DNA from: a virus
Taxonomy: Duplodnaviria; Caudoviricetes
DNA: 39,590 bases
Virus record (IMG/VR): IMGVR_UViG_3300034116_000385
Location: 1-39,590 of that record
Direction: 5' to 3' (one strand)
The notes under the pieces were generated by a model. That model was not told the DNA's origin. It did no database searches and worked only from the letters and a program-made list of their open reading frames with translations. A program made the translations under genes and the position numbers. This document shows, in pieces, positions 26,190 through 34,078 of the stretch. The stretch's first letter is position 1. Each line of letters begins with the position of its first letter.

Positions 26190-27837
26190 CTCCTAAGGGT
26201 GGCGGCGGCTCCATTTGCTCAGGCATAGTAGCAGCGGCGGTTGCTGCATCCTTAGCCATGGCGGCCATCTCACGGTTTCGAGACACGTCCATCTGCTCTT
26301 GAGCTTGCTGCGCTTTTTGCTGACGCATTGCTTGCAGCTGATCTTGCGGCATGAGAGTTTCAAGCGGAGCATCAAGCAGTCTAGCTGCCCAGCGAACAGT
26401 ACCGTCAGTGTCAATGTTGTCGTACACTTCGGGTTTAATGTTTGCCAGCGGCACGAGAGCTTCAAGCAGACGAGTAAAGCTAAACAGTTGCTGTGTCTTT
26501 TGAGCGCGAGCTACTGGAGACACATAGTCAATGCGCGTGTTGCGGCCTTCGATTTTTTGAGGAGCTCTTGGCAGCATCTTGCGACGAGCCATAATGTTGA
26601 ACACGCGGTCGATCATAGGACCAAGCAACTCAAACTGCAAGCGGCCAACCATAGGACCCATGAGGCGCATACGCTCTTCTTGGCGCTGCAGCACTTCAGT
26701 TGCAGTCATTGAAGGACCTTCGCGCATCTGCATCCAGTCAACGTGGAACGTTTTCAAGATGTGTGTGCGGCGTGAATCAATGAACTCAAGGCCAATGTCT
26801 GGTCGTACACCTTCAACAAGGGGCATGACCCGGTCTTGTGTACCTGAACGGTAGTAGTTCAAGCCACCGGGGATCGTGCGCAGTGGCAGCATGAAGCCGT
26901 CGTCAGGGACAAGCAATGGAGGATCAGTGGCCTTTTGAGCAGCCTTGATCACCGTCTTGCTCATCTCATTGACCATCTTGATGTCTGGCATAGCAGTCAT
27001 TGCAGGTGAACGACCGTAGACTTCACCAGCAGTCTTTGTCCAACGAGGTACCATGTAGGGGAACTCGTTAAAGCCACTGAGGTTTAGCAGCAGCTTCTCT
27101 TCTTCCAAGATGTATGCACTCATGAAGGGCATATTCGTGGCAAGCTTGCTGTCTGGATTAAACGTGTCTCTAGGCTCTACTGCATGGATGCAAGTAAATT
27201 CTTTGTGAGGATCTTTGTAGACGTTCTCAATGAACTTCTCAGGCAGCTTGTCTTTGTACATCTGCAAGAGTTGACGACCTGAATGCTTGTACTGACGATA
27301 CAAGGTATCAACAACACCTTCAGAGTTTTCAGCAACGTAGCACTCAGCTAAGTGGTACGTTCTAAAGCTGATCGCTTTACCTGGCTTGTCTTCAACGTAG
27401 AGAACGCCAGTACCATAAGACCCAAGGTCTAGGTACAGCTCATGAATCATCGAGCCAAAGTTTGAATTAGGCGAGTGAAAGACGTCACGGAACATAATGT
27501 CCACAACATCTTGCAGCCATTGCCGAACCTCGTCAGACTCTTCATCTCGGCTACGTTCAAGCAGCAGAGTGAACCACGTCTCAGACGGAGCGGTCAAATA
27601 GCCATGAAGCCCAGCGGCCAATTGCTCATTTGCAAGCGGAGCCGTTGAGTCGTAGACTTTGTCAAACCTTGTTCGGTCGCCTTGGCTGCGTTGAGCGTTG
27701 AAATCACCGCGTCTTGGGTTGACAAAATCTGTGCAATCTTGCCAAGTACTTTCCCAAGGGCTGCGAATCTGCTTAAGTTTCCCCAGGCGATCAATCGTGG
27801 TAGTGACAAGCTTTTTATCGTCTTGTCCTTTATCCAC
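26164..27837 (-). CDS. Portal (head-to-tail connector) protein
   Basis: YDSTAP, DLGSYGTG, PRW..GEVYGRSPA, MTATEVLQR and YVSPVARAQ motifs; 557 aa. Confidence 0.93.
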   Translation of the reverse strand: MDKGQDDKKLVTTTIDRLGKLKQIRSPWESTWQDCTDFVNPRRGDFNAQRSQGDRTRFDKVYDSTAPLANEQLAAGLHGYLTAPSETWFTLLLERSRDEESDEVRQWLQDVVDIMFRDVFHSPNSNFGSMIHELYLDLGSYGTGVLYVEDKPGKAISFRTYHLAECYVAENSEGVVDTLYRQYKHSGRQLLQMYKDKLPEKFIENVYKDPHKEFTCIHAVEPRDTFNPDSKLATNMPFMSAYILEEEKLLLNLSGFNEFPYMVPRWTKTAGEVYGRSPAMTAMPDIKMVNEMSKTVIKAAQKATDPPLLVPDDGFMLPLRTIPGGLNYYRSGTQDRVMPLVEGVRPDIGLEFIDSRRTHILKTFHVDWMQMREGPSMTATEVLQRQEERMRLMGPMVGRLQFELLGPMIDRVFNIMARRKMLPRAPQKIEGRNTRIDYVSPVARAQKTQQLFSFTRLLEALVPLANIKPEVYDNIDTDGTVRWAARLLDAPLETLMPQDQLQAMRQQKAQQAQEQMDVSRNREMAAMAKDAATAAATMPEQMEPPPPLGVEQNAPPV

Positions 27838-27839
27838 GA

Positions 27840-28097
27840 TTAACTACCGCCAAGAGGTGAGCGTGCGCCCAGCAATTTCTTCTTCTGCAGTTTTTCCATA
27901 CCAATGGAAACGCCTTGTGCACCAGTCAACATCGTACCTTCACGTGTTTGTTGACCTTCGCCCTCAATGTTACGTACTTTGTCAACCGCGTCAGCTACTG
28001 CCTTATCAGACGTCTTAGGTGCTTCAGGCGCCGCTGCCGCTGCTGGCGCAGCGCTTGGGGTCATACCCAAAAGTTTTCCAACAAATCCACCACACAT
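27840..28097 (-). CDS. Small virion/assembly protein (position of T7 gp6.7/gp7.3)
   Basis: 85 aa, starts MCGG, Ala/Pro-rich linker, TMLTGAQGV...KKLLG tail; AGGAG RBS; directly before the portal gene. Confidence 0.7.
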   Translation of the reverse strand: MCGGFVGKLLGMTPSAAPAAAAAPEAPKTSDKAVADAVDKVRNIEGEGQQTREGTMLTGAQGVSIGMEKLQKKKLLGARSPLGGS

Positions 28098-28099
28098 AT

Positions 28100-28552
28100 C
28101 TATCTCCTTTTCTTAAAAAGGTTACCTACAACCTCGTAACCCAGGAGATGGTACAGTTGTGCCGTTCTCTCTGGGGCTACTTGAGTCGACGTGGCCGGAA
28201 CAATTTCCTTTGCACCACGCGCAAATGCCCAATCTTCAAATGCCTGAACTAACTTGACAGCAGCCAAACCACCGCGTTTCGTTGGATCAACGTACAACGC
28301 CAGATCGACTGCCATCTGATCCTTACTGAAATAATACTCTGTTAGCAAACCTAAGTACATGCCGATTATAGTGCCGTCTTTTTCGGCGACGTACAAGAAG
28401 TATTCGTCAGGGTTGGCAACCATCAGGCTCAAGAGATGAGCTACCTTCTCGGGGTTATATGTGCAGACCCCTAAATAAGCTGACTCGTTAAACATCCGTT
28501 CACCAAGCTCGTTGATGATCGGCACGTCTGCTTCGGTTGCTGCCCTGATCAT
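28100..28552 (-). CDS. GNAT family acetyltransferase (second paralog)
   Basis: MIRAATEADV, LYVDPTKRGG, AFEDWAFARGA and LYHLLGY motifs. Confidence 0.87.
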   Translation of the reverse strand: MIRAATEADVPIINELGERMFNESAYLGVCTYNPEKVAHLLSLMVANPDEYFLYVAEKDGTIIGMYLGLLTEYYFSKDQMAVDLALYVDPTKRGGLAAVKLVQAFEDWAFARGAKEIVPATSTQVAPERTAQLYHLLGYEVVGNLFKKRR

Positions 28553-29844
28553 AGGATCTTGTATTCCATGTCGGCCATCCTAGGCAAGGACCTCTTGCTC
28601 AAGTCTAGCTGGTCTCGAAGGCCTACGCACATATATCGGAAAGCGTCGGCAGGGTGACTGGTCCAGTCGTGGAGTGGCTTGTCTCGGAAGACCTTGTGCT
28701 TCTCGTCAAAGTCTTTTCGGTACTGGCGCAATGATTCGATTAGGTGGGCGCACTTTTTCTCGTCGAACCAGCACTTAGGCAGCGTCGTTCGGACGGCTTC
28801 AATACCGTCATCGATCCTAAGGTTTGGTACCACTCGGAATCGGATGCCAAGTTCTCGGGCAACTTCAAGTCGAGACTTACCGCTGCCAAGCTCACGAACT
28901 TGAATATCGTGTGGGGCCAAATGTTCGCCGTAGACATAATCTCTTTCCTTGATAACCTTGGCGTAGTGGGCCATGCCCTCGCCGCTGGCTTCGTAGTAAT
29001 CGATGATTCGAATCTCTTGGCCGTGCTTCTGATAAAAAACTATTGCAGTCGAGTCTGAGACACCAAGGTCCCAGGCCGTATGCACCTCAAGGCGCGGTTC
29101 ATAGGGGAGACTTCCTAACCGGCCGTCGGCAAGCAGTTTGGCCATGGCTGTACCATAGTAGCTGCCAACAAGTGGTGCATCAAAACTGCAATAGAACTCT
29201 TGCTGGATCATCTCCTCTGGCATGCCGGACTCGCGCTCCTCGTCAACGGCTTCTAGGGAAATGGCCCTGGTGTCATCTACTGTAAGAGTTTGTTGGAACC
29301 ATCGCTCATTTCGTCTGGCCATGTTGAGCATGTCGTATCCATGGTTTCGACCTCGAGCGGTATAAATAAACAACGCCCATCCGCCATTCTCAGCCAAGAT
29401 GGGACGAATGTAATCCCATGCACGGGGATCTTGGAGGGAGTATTCAGAGAAAACGACCCCGACTGGATTTGCTCCAACCAGTCTATCGACATTGTCTGTA
29501 CCCACCACCTGATAGATCGAGCCATTCTTTAGCGTTAGCCGCATCTCCGTATTGTTGACCGCTTCCCACATCTCTTTCGGGAAGTGCTCGATAAACTTGC
29601 GACCATCACGCGTCATCCCGTCCCAGGCAATCTTACGGCCCTGGTTGTAAGTCGGGAACAAGTGCCAATACAGCCCAGGCCTTGTCAAGGCAGAAACTGC
29701 GCACCAGTTAACTGACAACAAGTCTTTGCCTGCACGCCGGTGCCAAACGGCCACGGCTCGCTTACCACCATCCTCAAGAAACTTCCACAGGGGAAACTGA
29801 TACGGCCTGGGAGCCCAATCAAGAGGTACTGTTATCTCCGCCAT
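28549..29844 (-). CDS. terL: Terminase large subunit
   Basis: WHRRAGKD, VVFSEY, QEFYCSF, AWDLGVSDST, SHPADAFRY; probable ATG at 29844 after AAAGGA. Confidence 0.93.
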   Translation of the reverse strand: MAEITVPLDWAPRPYQFPLWKFLEDGGKRAVAVWHRRAGKDLLSVNWCAVSALTRPGLYWHLFPTYNQGRKIAWDGMTRDGRKFIEHFPKEMWEAVNNTEMRLTLKNGSIYQVVGTDNVDRLVGANPVGVVFSEYSLQDPRAWDYIRPILAENGGWALFIYTARGRNHGYDMLNMARRNERWFQQTLTVDDTRAISLEAVDEERESGMPEEMIQQEFYCSFDAPLVGSYYGTAMAKLLADGRLGSLPYEPRLEVHTAWDLGVSDSTAIVFYQKHGQEIRIIDYYEASGEGMAHYAKVIKERDYVYGEHLAPHDIQVRELGSGKSRLEVARELGIRFRVVPNLRIDDGIEAVRTTLPKCWFDEKKCAHLIESLRQYRKDFDEKHKVFRDKPLHDWTSHPADAFRYMCVGLRDQLDLSKRSLPRMADMEYKIL

Positions 29845-30133
29845 CAGCGTCCTTTGCAACGTCGCTAAACCGTACGACGTTAATGTTGAATGAACCGCTG
29901 CCTTCGATCTCCATCTCGACAGCCTTACGCTTAGGCGCCACGTACTGCGCCAGTTCCTTGAACGCTTGGAACTTTAACTCCTGACTTGCAGTCGGATCGA
30001 CGGCTAGCATCGCCATACCTTCAATAGGATCGCAATTCAATGCTGCCAGTTTGTCTTCAATCTCTTGGGTCCGCTTATTCTTTGAACCCGCCGGACGACC
30101 TGCGCCGTCGCGCTTACCGCCTAGTTGTGCCAT
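29819..30133 (-). CDS. terS: Terminase small subunit (probable)
   Basis: GGKRDGAGRPAGSKNK and ELAQYVAPKRKAVE motifs; AGGAGG RBS; immediately upstream of terL. Confidence 0.8.
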   Translation of the reverse strand: MAQLGGKRDGAGRPAGSKNKRTQEIEDKLAALNCDPIEGMAMLAVDPTASQELKFQAFKELAQYVAPKRKAVEMEIEGSGSFNINVVRFSDVAKDADGGDNSTS

Positions 30134-30156
30134 GATGGGACCTCCTATGAACCTAT

Positions 30157-30184
30157 ATTATACGGACTACGTAGGATTGTACAC
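30157..30184 (-). promoter_or_regulatory. Putative late-operon promoter GTGTAC-N16-TATAAT
   Basis: Consensus TATAAT about 25 nt upstream of the terS ATG, with GTGTAC at the -35 position. Confidence 0.65.
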
Positions 30185-30213
30185 AGTCCCCTGAAAATTT
30201 GCCGAGGATCATA

Positions 30214-30287
30214 GGTTATTGGCATATTGTATTGATTGGCATTCTCTGCAATTTTCACACGCTGTGCTCTGTTTTTCCCTATACTAA
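30214..30287 (-). repeat. Bipartite repeat, copy 1 (inverted relative to 31771-31845)
   Basis: Minus strand TTAGTATAGGGAAAAA-N31-GCCAATCAATACAATATGCCAATAACC. Confidence 0.85.
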
Positions 30288-30449
30288 CCCCAATATGCAC
30301 GGATTTTTGCCGATCTACCTTTGAATGCCCCCGCAGAACCACTGACTAGGCGCTTCTAGGCCCGCGCCCCGCTGCCTGACACATGGGCCCCGGACCCGGG
30401 ACCAGGACACGAGCCGGCAATAAACATGCTCTTCTATATAGATACATCA

Positions 30450-30503
30450 ATCGAGGACCAGAAACCGTGCAGAATTAACGGAAATAAGCAGATCGAGGAC
30501 CAG
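30450..30503 (+). repeat. Short direct repeat ATCGAGGACCAG x2
   Basis: Exact 12-mers at 30450-30461 and 30492-30503; related GACCAG units near 30400 and 31746. Confidence 0.6.
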
Positions 30504-30737
30504 GGATCAGGGCAAACGGACAAAGGCGGAAGGTCGGGAGGATAGAAGTGGCAGGGAGAGTGTATGAAAAAGGTTGATTCTTAATCAGTGGAAAGAAGGA
30601 GGTCAGAAGATAGTAAGAAGCGTCGAAGCGCGCAACAACTTAAACTCTGCGCAATCGCGAACGGAAAGGAAAGATTGGTTGATAAGTTTTATTGATCAAA
30701 AGCAGGATTCCAATAAAAATAATTTACGCACAAAGTT

Positions 30738-30766
30738 GTGTACTTTTCGAACAAATGCGGTACAAT
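30738..30766 (+). promoter_or_regulatory. Putative early promoter GTGTAC-N17-TACAAT
   Basis: Preceded by an AT-rich UP-like tract and followed by AAAGGAG RBS and the first early ORF. Confidence 0.6.
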
Positions 30767-30807
30767 CAACTTACGGGAATAAATCTCGTACATAAAGGAG
30801 AATTGGA

Positions 30808-30984
30808 ATGAACTGTTACGGACGAGAAATCATGCAAAAGTTTTTGTGTGATGAAGAACTTGCTTCAGAAGTCTATGAAGAAATGTGTTGTGATGGAATA
30901 GATTTCAGCGAGTGCGAACAAAGAGAATTCGACATTTGTGCGAAAGAATGCTATGATCGAGTAATAGAAAGGAGAAAGTCATGA
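30808..30984 (+). CDS. Small acidic Cys-rich early protein (58 aa, not in ORF track)
   Basis: AAAGGAG RBS; MNCYGREIMQKFLCDEELASEVYEEMCCDGIDFSECEQREFDICAKECYDRVIERRKS; stop overlaps the next ATG (ATGA). Confidence 0.75.
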   Translation: MNCYGREIMQKFLCDEELASEVYEEMCCDGIDFSECEQREFDICAKECYDRVIERRKS

Positions 30985-31199
30985 TCACAATTGATCTTAA
31001 TGGTCCACAAGGGAACGCGTTCTATCTTATCGGACTTGGTAAAAAAATCGGACGACAGTTGGATCGTCCTTGGGAACAGGTAAACAATGCCGTCAATGAA
31101 ATGATGAGTGGAGATTACCAGAACTTGCTCGACGTTTTTGCTCGCGAGTATGGAGACTTTGTGGAATTTACAGGAGAGAATGATGGCGAAGAATTCTGA
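30981..31199 (+). CDS. Small phage hypothetical protein
   Basis: AAAGGAG RBS; IDLNGPQGNAFYLIG...EMMSGDY motif. Confidence 0.75.
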   Translation: MITIDLNGPQGNAFYLIGLGKKIGRQLDRPWEQVNNAVNEMMSGDYQNLLDVFAREYGDFVEFTGENDGEEF

Positions 31200-31440
31200 A
31201 AAAGTGGTGATGACCAGAGAGGAGGCGATTGATCGCCTTCTCAAAACGTGGGCGGATTATTATTGGGATGATCCGCATCAAGCGGTCGAGAACATTCTGT
31301 CTATCTACAAGAGTGGACTGAAGGGCTATGACAAGATGACAAGCATCGAACTGATCCAAGAATTGGAAGGTTCGACTTTTTATGGCGATGACGTGGAGAT
31401 CACGATTAGAAAGGAGATTGGCGATGGCGAACCAGTTTGA
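31180..31440 (+). CDS. Hypothetical early protein
   Basis: CAGGAG RBS before the ATGs at 31180/31183 within ORF 31108-31440. Confidence 0.65.
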   Translation: MMAKNSEKVVMTREEAIDRLLKTWADYYWDDPHQAVENILSIYKSGLKGYDKMTSIELIQELEGSTFYGDDVEITIRKEIGDGEPV

Positions 31441-31747
31441 GGTTTTAACCCGTAAAGACGATCTATCCGCCTTCAATGGCGGAAGTCTCAAGGGGTACGT
31501 CAAGACAGACTTTAAAACTCTGTGCAAGCTTTTTGGTCCACCAACTCACGGACCCTTTGATCCAAATGGAGACAAGGTAACGTGCGAGTGGAGGATAGTC
31601 ACGGACGATGGCTTGCTCATCACCATCTACGACTGGAAGCTTTTTGAGACCCCAATGGACGAATACGACTGGCACATTGGCGGACACGCGTTCGAGAACA
31701 TCGACTGGCTCAACAGTTTTGGTCTCGCTGCGTGGAAGTGGAGGTGA
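31424..31747 (+). CDS. Phage hypothetical protein (FGPP...DKVTCEW...TIYDWK...WHIGG)
   Basis: AAAGGAG RBS before the ATG at 31424 within ORF 31382-31747. Confidence 0.75.
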   Translation: MANQFEVLTRKDDLSAFNGGSLKGYVKTDFKTLCKLFGPPTHGPFDPNGDKVTCEWRIVTDDGLLITIYDWKLFETPMDEYDWHIGGHAFENIDWLNSFGLAAWKWR

Positions 31748-31770
31748 CCAGGGGATCAGTGTTGGCCGTA

Positions 31771-31845
31771 TTAGTATAGAGAAAAAATAATTTTTTTTCT
31801 TCATTCTATGTCCCCTTGGCCAATCAATACAATAACCCAATAACC
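31771..31845 (+). repeat. Bipartite repeat, copy 2, in AT-rich intergenic region
   Basis: TTAGTATAGAGAAAAA-N32-GCCAATCAATACAATAACCCAATAACC; an extra CCAATAACC at 31896-31904. Confidence 0.85.
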
Positions 31846-31914
31846 CCTTGATTCTGCATATATAAAAGGGGCCAAAAAGTTATTAACAAAATGCGCCAAT
31901 AACCCGATCGAACA

Positions 31915-31944
31915 GTGTACGTGGTTCTTGGTCCATGGTACGAT
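31915..31944 (+). promoter_or_regulatory. Putative promoter GTGTAC-N18-TACGAT with extended -10 TG
   Basis: Lies upstream of the AAAGGAG RBS and the ATG at 31981. Confidence 0.55.
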
Positions 31945-31980
31945 GTAATTCCGCACTTTTGCGGTTATAAAGGAGAATTT

Positions 31981-32181
31981 ATGAAAGTCAGTGATTTACT
32001 AGAGATCTTGCAAGATCACAATCCAAATGACCATGTCGTCATTGCCAAGGGCCCTGCAAGGCCGTTTGTGTCAAATGTCCGTGGAGTCGTGAAGTCTACG
32101 TCTGGTTCGCCAGTCTTCTTAGTTGAGGATTACGACGCGCAACCATTGTCTATCGATGTGTGGAGGCTTCTCGATGAATAA
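31981..32181 (+). CDS. Hypothetical protein (MKVSDLLEILQDHNPND...)
   Basis: AAAGGAG RBS before the ATG at 31981. Confidence 0.7.
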   Translation: MKVSDLLEILQDHNPNDHVVIAKGPARPFVSNVRGVVKSTSGSPVFLVEDYDAQPLSIDVWRLLDE

Positions 32182-32659
32182 TATCGAACAGGCTCGCAGT
32201 ATCGACGAGCTCAAGAAGTTTTCGATGCAAGACTTGTCTTCGTTGTATTCCAAGATCACCAAGACGCATTGTCCGAAGTTCAGTGATAAGACAGCTGCTG
32301 CCAAGAGGATCTTGCCAATGCTAGAGCAAAAGCGTGCCGAACAAAAACCGGCTTTGGTCTTTGTCGATCCACCCAAGGATCTGTCGAAGATCATCAAGGT
32401 TCGTGGTCGTCCGAAGGGCCAATTGTCCTCGAGACTCTATCACTTCAACTTCGACAAGTTTTTTGATCGCGAGCGAGACTTTGCCCCGCAAGCAAGGCAG
32501 ATCATCCGTGCTTTGTCTGCTAAGAATGTGGAGACCGTCACCGAAGCTGAGTTGATCGCTTTGATTGATGTCAAGACCAAGCAAAATCCATGGCGGATCT
32601 TCCAGTACTATCGTCCGCAGTTGATCAACCGTGGTGTTCTTAGGCTCGAGAATGCGTAA
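32174..32659 (+). CDS. Basic protein with putative winged-helix-like C-terminal domain
   Basis: GGAGG RBS before the ATG at 32174; C-terminal half resembles 33790-34017. Confidence 0.65.
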   Translation: MNNIEQARSIDELKKFSMQDLSSLYSKITKTHCPKFSDKTAAAKRILPMLEQKRAEQKPALVFVDPPKDLSKIIKVRGRPKGQLSSRLYHFNFDKFFDRERDFAPQARQIIRALSAKNVETVTEAELIALIDVKTKQNPWRIFQYYRPQLINRGVLRLENA

Positions 32660-32765
32660 CCCATCAGACTTTGAAGCGTTGTTGATTATGATCGCAATCC
32701 CCGCAGCAGTGGTAATTGTACTAGTACTATTATTCCTGTTGCGTGCGGTCATTTTCCGTGTATAA
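32652..32765 (+). CDS. 37-aa single-pass membrane protein (not in ORF track)
   Basis: MRNPSDFEALLIMIAIPAAVVIVLVLLFLLRAVIFRV; start overlaps the upstream gene end and the ORF fills the gap. Confidence 0.5.
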   Translation: MRNPSDFEALLIMIAIPAAVVIVLVLLFLLRAVIFRV

Positions 32766-32766
32766 T
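32739..32766 (+). promoter_or_regulatory. Putative sigma70 promoter TTGCGT-N16-TATAAT
   Basis: Consensus -10 about 30 nt upstream of the DUF932 ATG. Confidence 0.5.
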
Positions 32767-32797
32767 AGCCATTCCAACCACTAGAAAGGAGAATTTT

Positions 32798-33775
32798 ATG
32801 GCTCACTTAATCGAATCCATGGCGTATGCCAACTCTGTCCCTTGGCACGGTCTTGGTGCTCAGGTCTCTGATGCCTTGACGCCAGACGAGATGCTGCAAG
32901 CAGCTCAACTTGACTGGACCGTCAGCCGTCGTTCAATCTTCACCACTCAGACACCAGGCGACATTCAAGCCTCTGAAGGTACCTTGAAGACTAACGACTG
33001 GGGGCTCTTAGTCCGTGATTCTGACAACAAGATCTTAGGTCCTTGCGGCAAGAACTACATTCCGATGCAGAATGCCGAAGTGTTCCGTTTCTTCGACAAG
33101 TTCGTCAAGGCCGGTCACATGAAGATGGAGACCGCAGGTTCATTAGACGGCGGCCGTCAGATCTGGGGTCTTGCTGCCATTCAGCAGGGTTTTGCTTTGC
33201 CAGGCGGCGACGAAGTCAACGGCTATTTGCTGCTGAACCAGCCTCACGTCTGGGGCAAGTCCTTGACCATCATGTTTACGCCTATCCGAGTCGTCTGCAA
33301 CAACACTTTGACGCAAGCTCTCGGACAAGCTGGTGACCGCTTCACCATGTCGCACATACGGCAGTTTGATCAGGATGTCATCCAGAAGGCCGAAAAAGCC
33401 TTAGGCCTTGCTACCCATCAACTCGATGCTTTCAAGGTCACCGCGGAGCTCCTAGCAAGAGTGTCGTACCAAGAAAAGCATGTCACTGAGTACATCGCCA
33501 AGCTCTTCAACCCAGCACTCGTCGGCACAGATGAAATTACGCGCGATCTATTGTCCCGATCCGCGGACGAAGTCTATAATTGCCTTCACACGCAGCCAGG
33601 TGCCGAACTGTCCGAAGGATCTTGGTGGTCAGCCCTGAATGCGGTAACGTTCTACGTCGATCACAAAGCAGGTCGCAACCGCGATGCTGCCTTGAACTCT
33701 GCGTGGTTTGGCCCGCGTGCCGCTCTCAAGCGGAAGGCCTTAGACTTGGCTGTCGAGTACGCGCAAGCAGCCTAA
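32798..33775 (+). CDS. DUF932 family phage/plasmid protein
   Basis: MAH..ESMAY...PWHGLG, LDWTV, ETAGSLDGGR, TPIRVVCNNTL and WSALNAVT motifs. Confidence 0.88.
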   Translation: MAHLIESMAYANSVPWHGLGAQVSDALTPDEMLQAAQLDWTVSRRSIFTTQTPGDIQASEGTLKTNDWGLLVRDSDNKILGPCGKNYIPMQNAEVFRFFDKFVKAGHMKMETAGSLDGGRQIWGLAAIQQGFALPGGDEVNGYLLLNQPHVWGKSLTIMFTPIRVVCNNTLTQALGQAGDRFTMSHIRQFDQDVIQKAEKALGLATHQLDAFKVTAELLARVSYQEKHVTEYIAKLFNPALVGTDEITRDLLSRSADEVYNCLHTQPGAELSEGSWWSALNAVTFYVDHKAGRNRDAALNSAWFGPRAALKRKALDLAVEYAQAA

Positions 33776-33789
33776 CAGGAGAAACCAGG

Positions 33790-34017
33790 ATGGTGACTTA
33801 CCGCTTTATTCAAGTGCCTGATACAGCTCTGGCACGTCAGGCGAAGGCCATTCTGGCGATCATTGAGGAAGCTGGCGAAATCGGTAAAACCGAGCTTTTG
33901 ACCGTTGTCAGCCAACGCCTTAAGAGTCGCCAGAAGCCACAGCGTCTGCTGAGCTATTATCAAGGCAGCTTAATTAAGACAGGCAGCATCGAAGCAATCC
34001 GTTCCGTGGTACGATAG
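33790..34017 (+). CDS. Small basic winged-helix-like protein
   Basis: CAGGAG RBS and ATG at 33790 within ORF 33580-34017; similar to the C-terminus of 32174-32659. Confidence 0.65.
   Translation: MVTYRFIQVPDTALARQAKAILAIIEEAGEIGKTELLTVVSQRLKSRQKPQRLLSYYQGSLIKTGSIEAIRSVVR
34007..34015 (+). promoter_or_regulatory. Putative extended -10 promoter (TGgTACGAT) for the nucleotide-metabolism/polymerase operon
   Basis: Same TGGTACGAT 9-mer as at 31936-31944; about 65 nt upstream of the methyltransferase ATG. Confidence 0.4.
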
Positions 34018-34078
34018 TCACGGAGTCGTTCCGAGGCCGACTTTAAATGCCTCGACCACCCCTTAGAAAGGAAAATGT

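Noticed and set aside
30145-30795. ORFs 30145-30342 (-) and 30574-30795 (+)
   Set aside because: No RBS, non-ATG starts, overlap with promoter and repeat elements, and no recognisable motifs.
30214-31845. Invertible segment or IS element bounded by the inverted repeats
   Set aside because: No recombinase or transposase gene, and the repeats are interrupted by non-matching spacers, which fits binding sites better.
30134-31980. CRISPR array or tRNA/ncRNA genes in the intergenic regions
   Set aside because: The repeats are few, irregular or inverted rather than repeat-spacer units, and no cloverleaf or T-loop signature was found by eye.
34028-34057. CGAGGC...GCCTCG hairpin as a terminator
   Set aside because: Short stem, 11-nt loop and no U tract; at most a leader hairpin.
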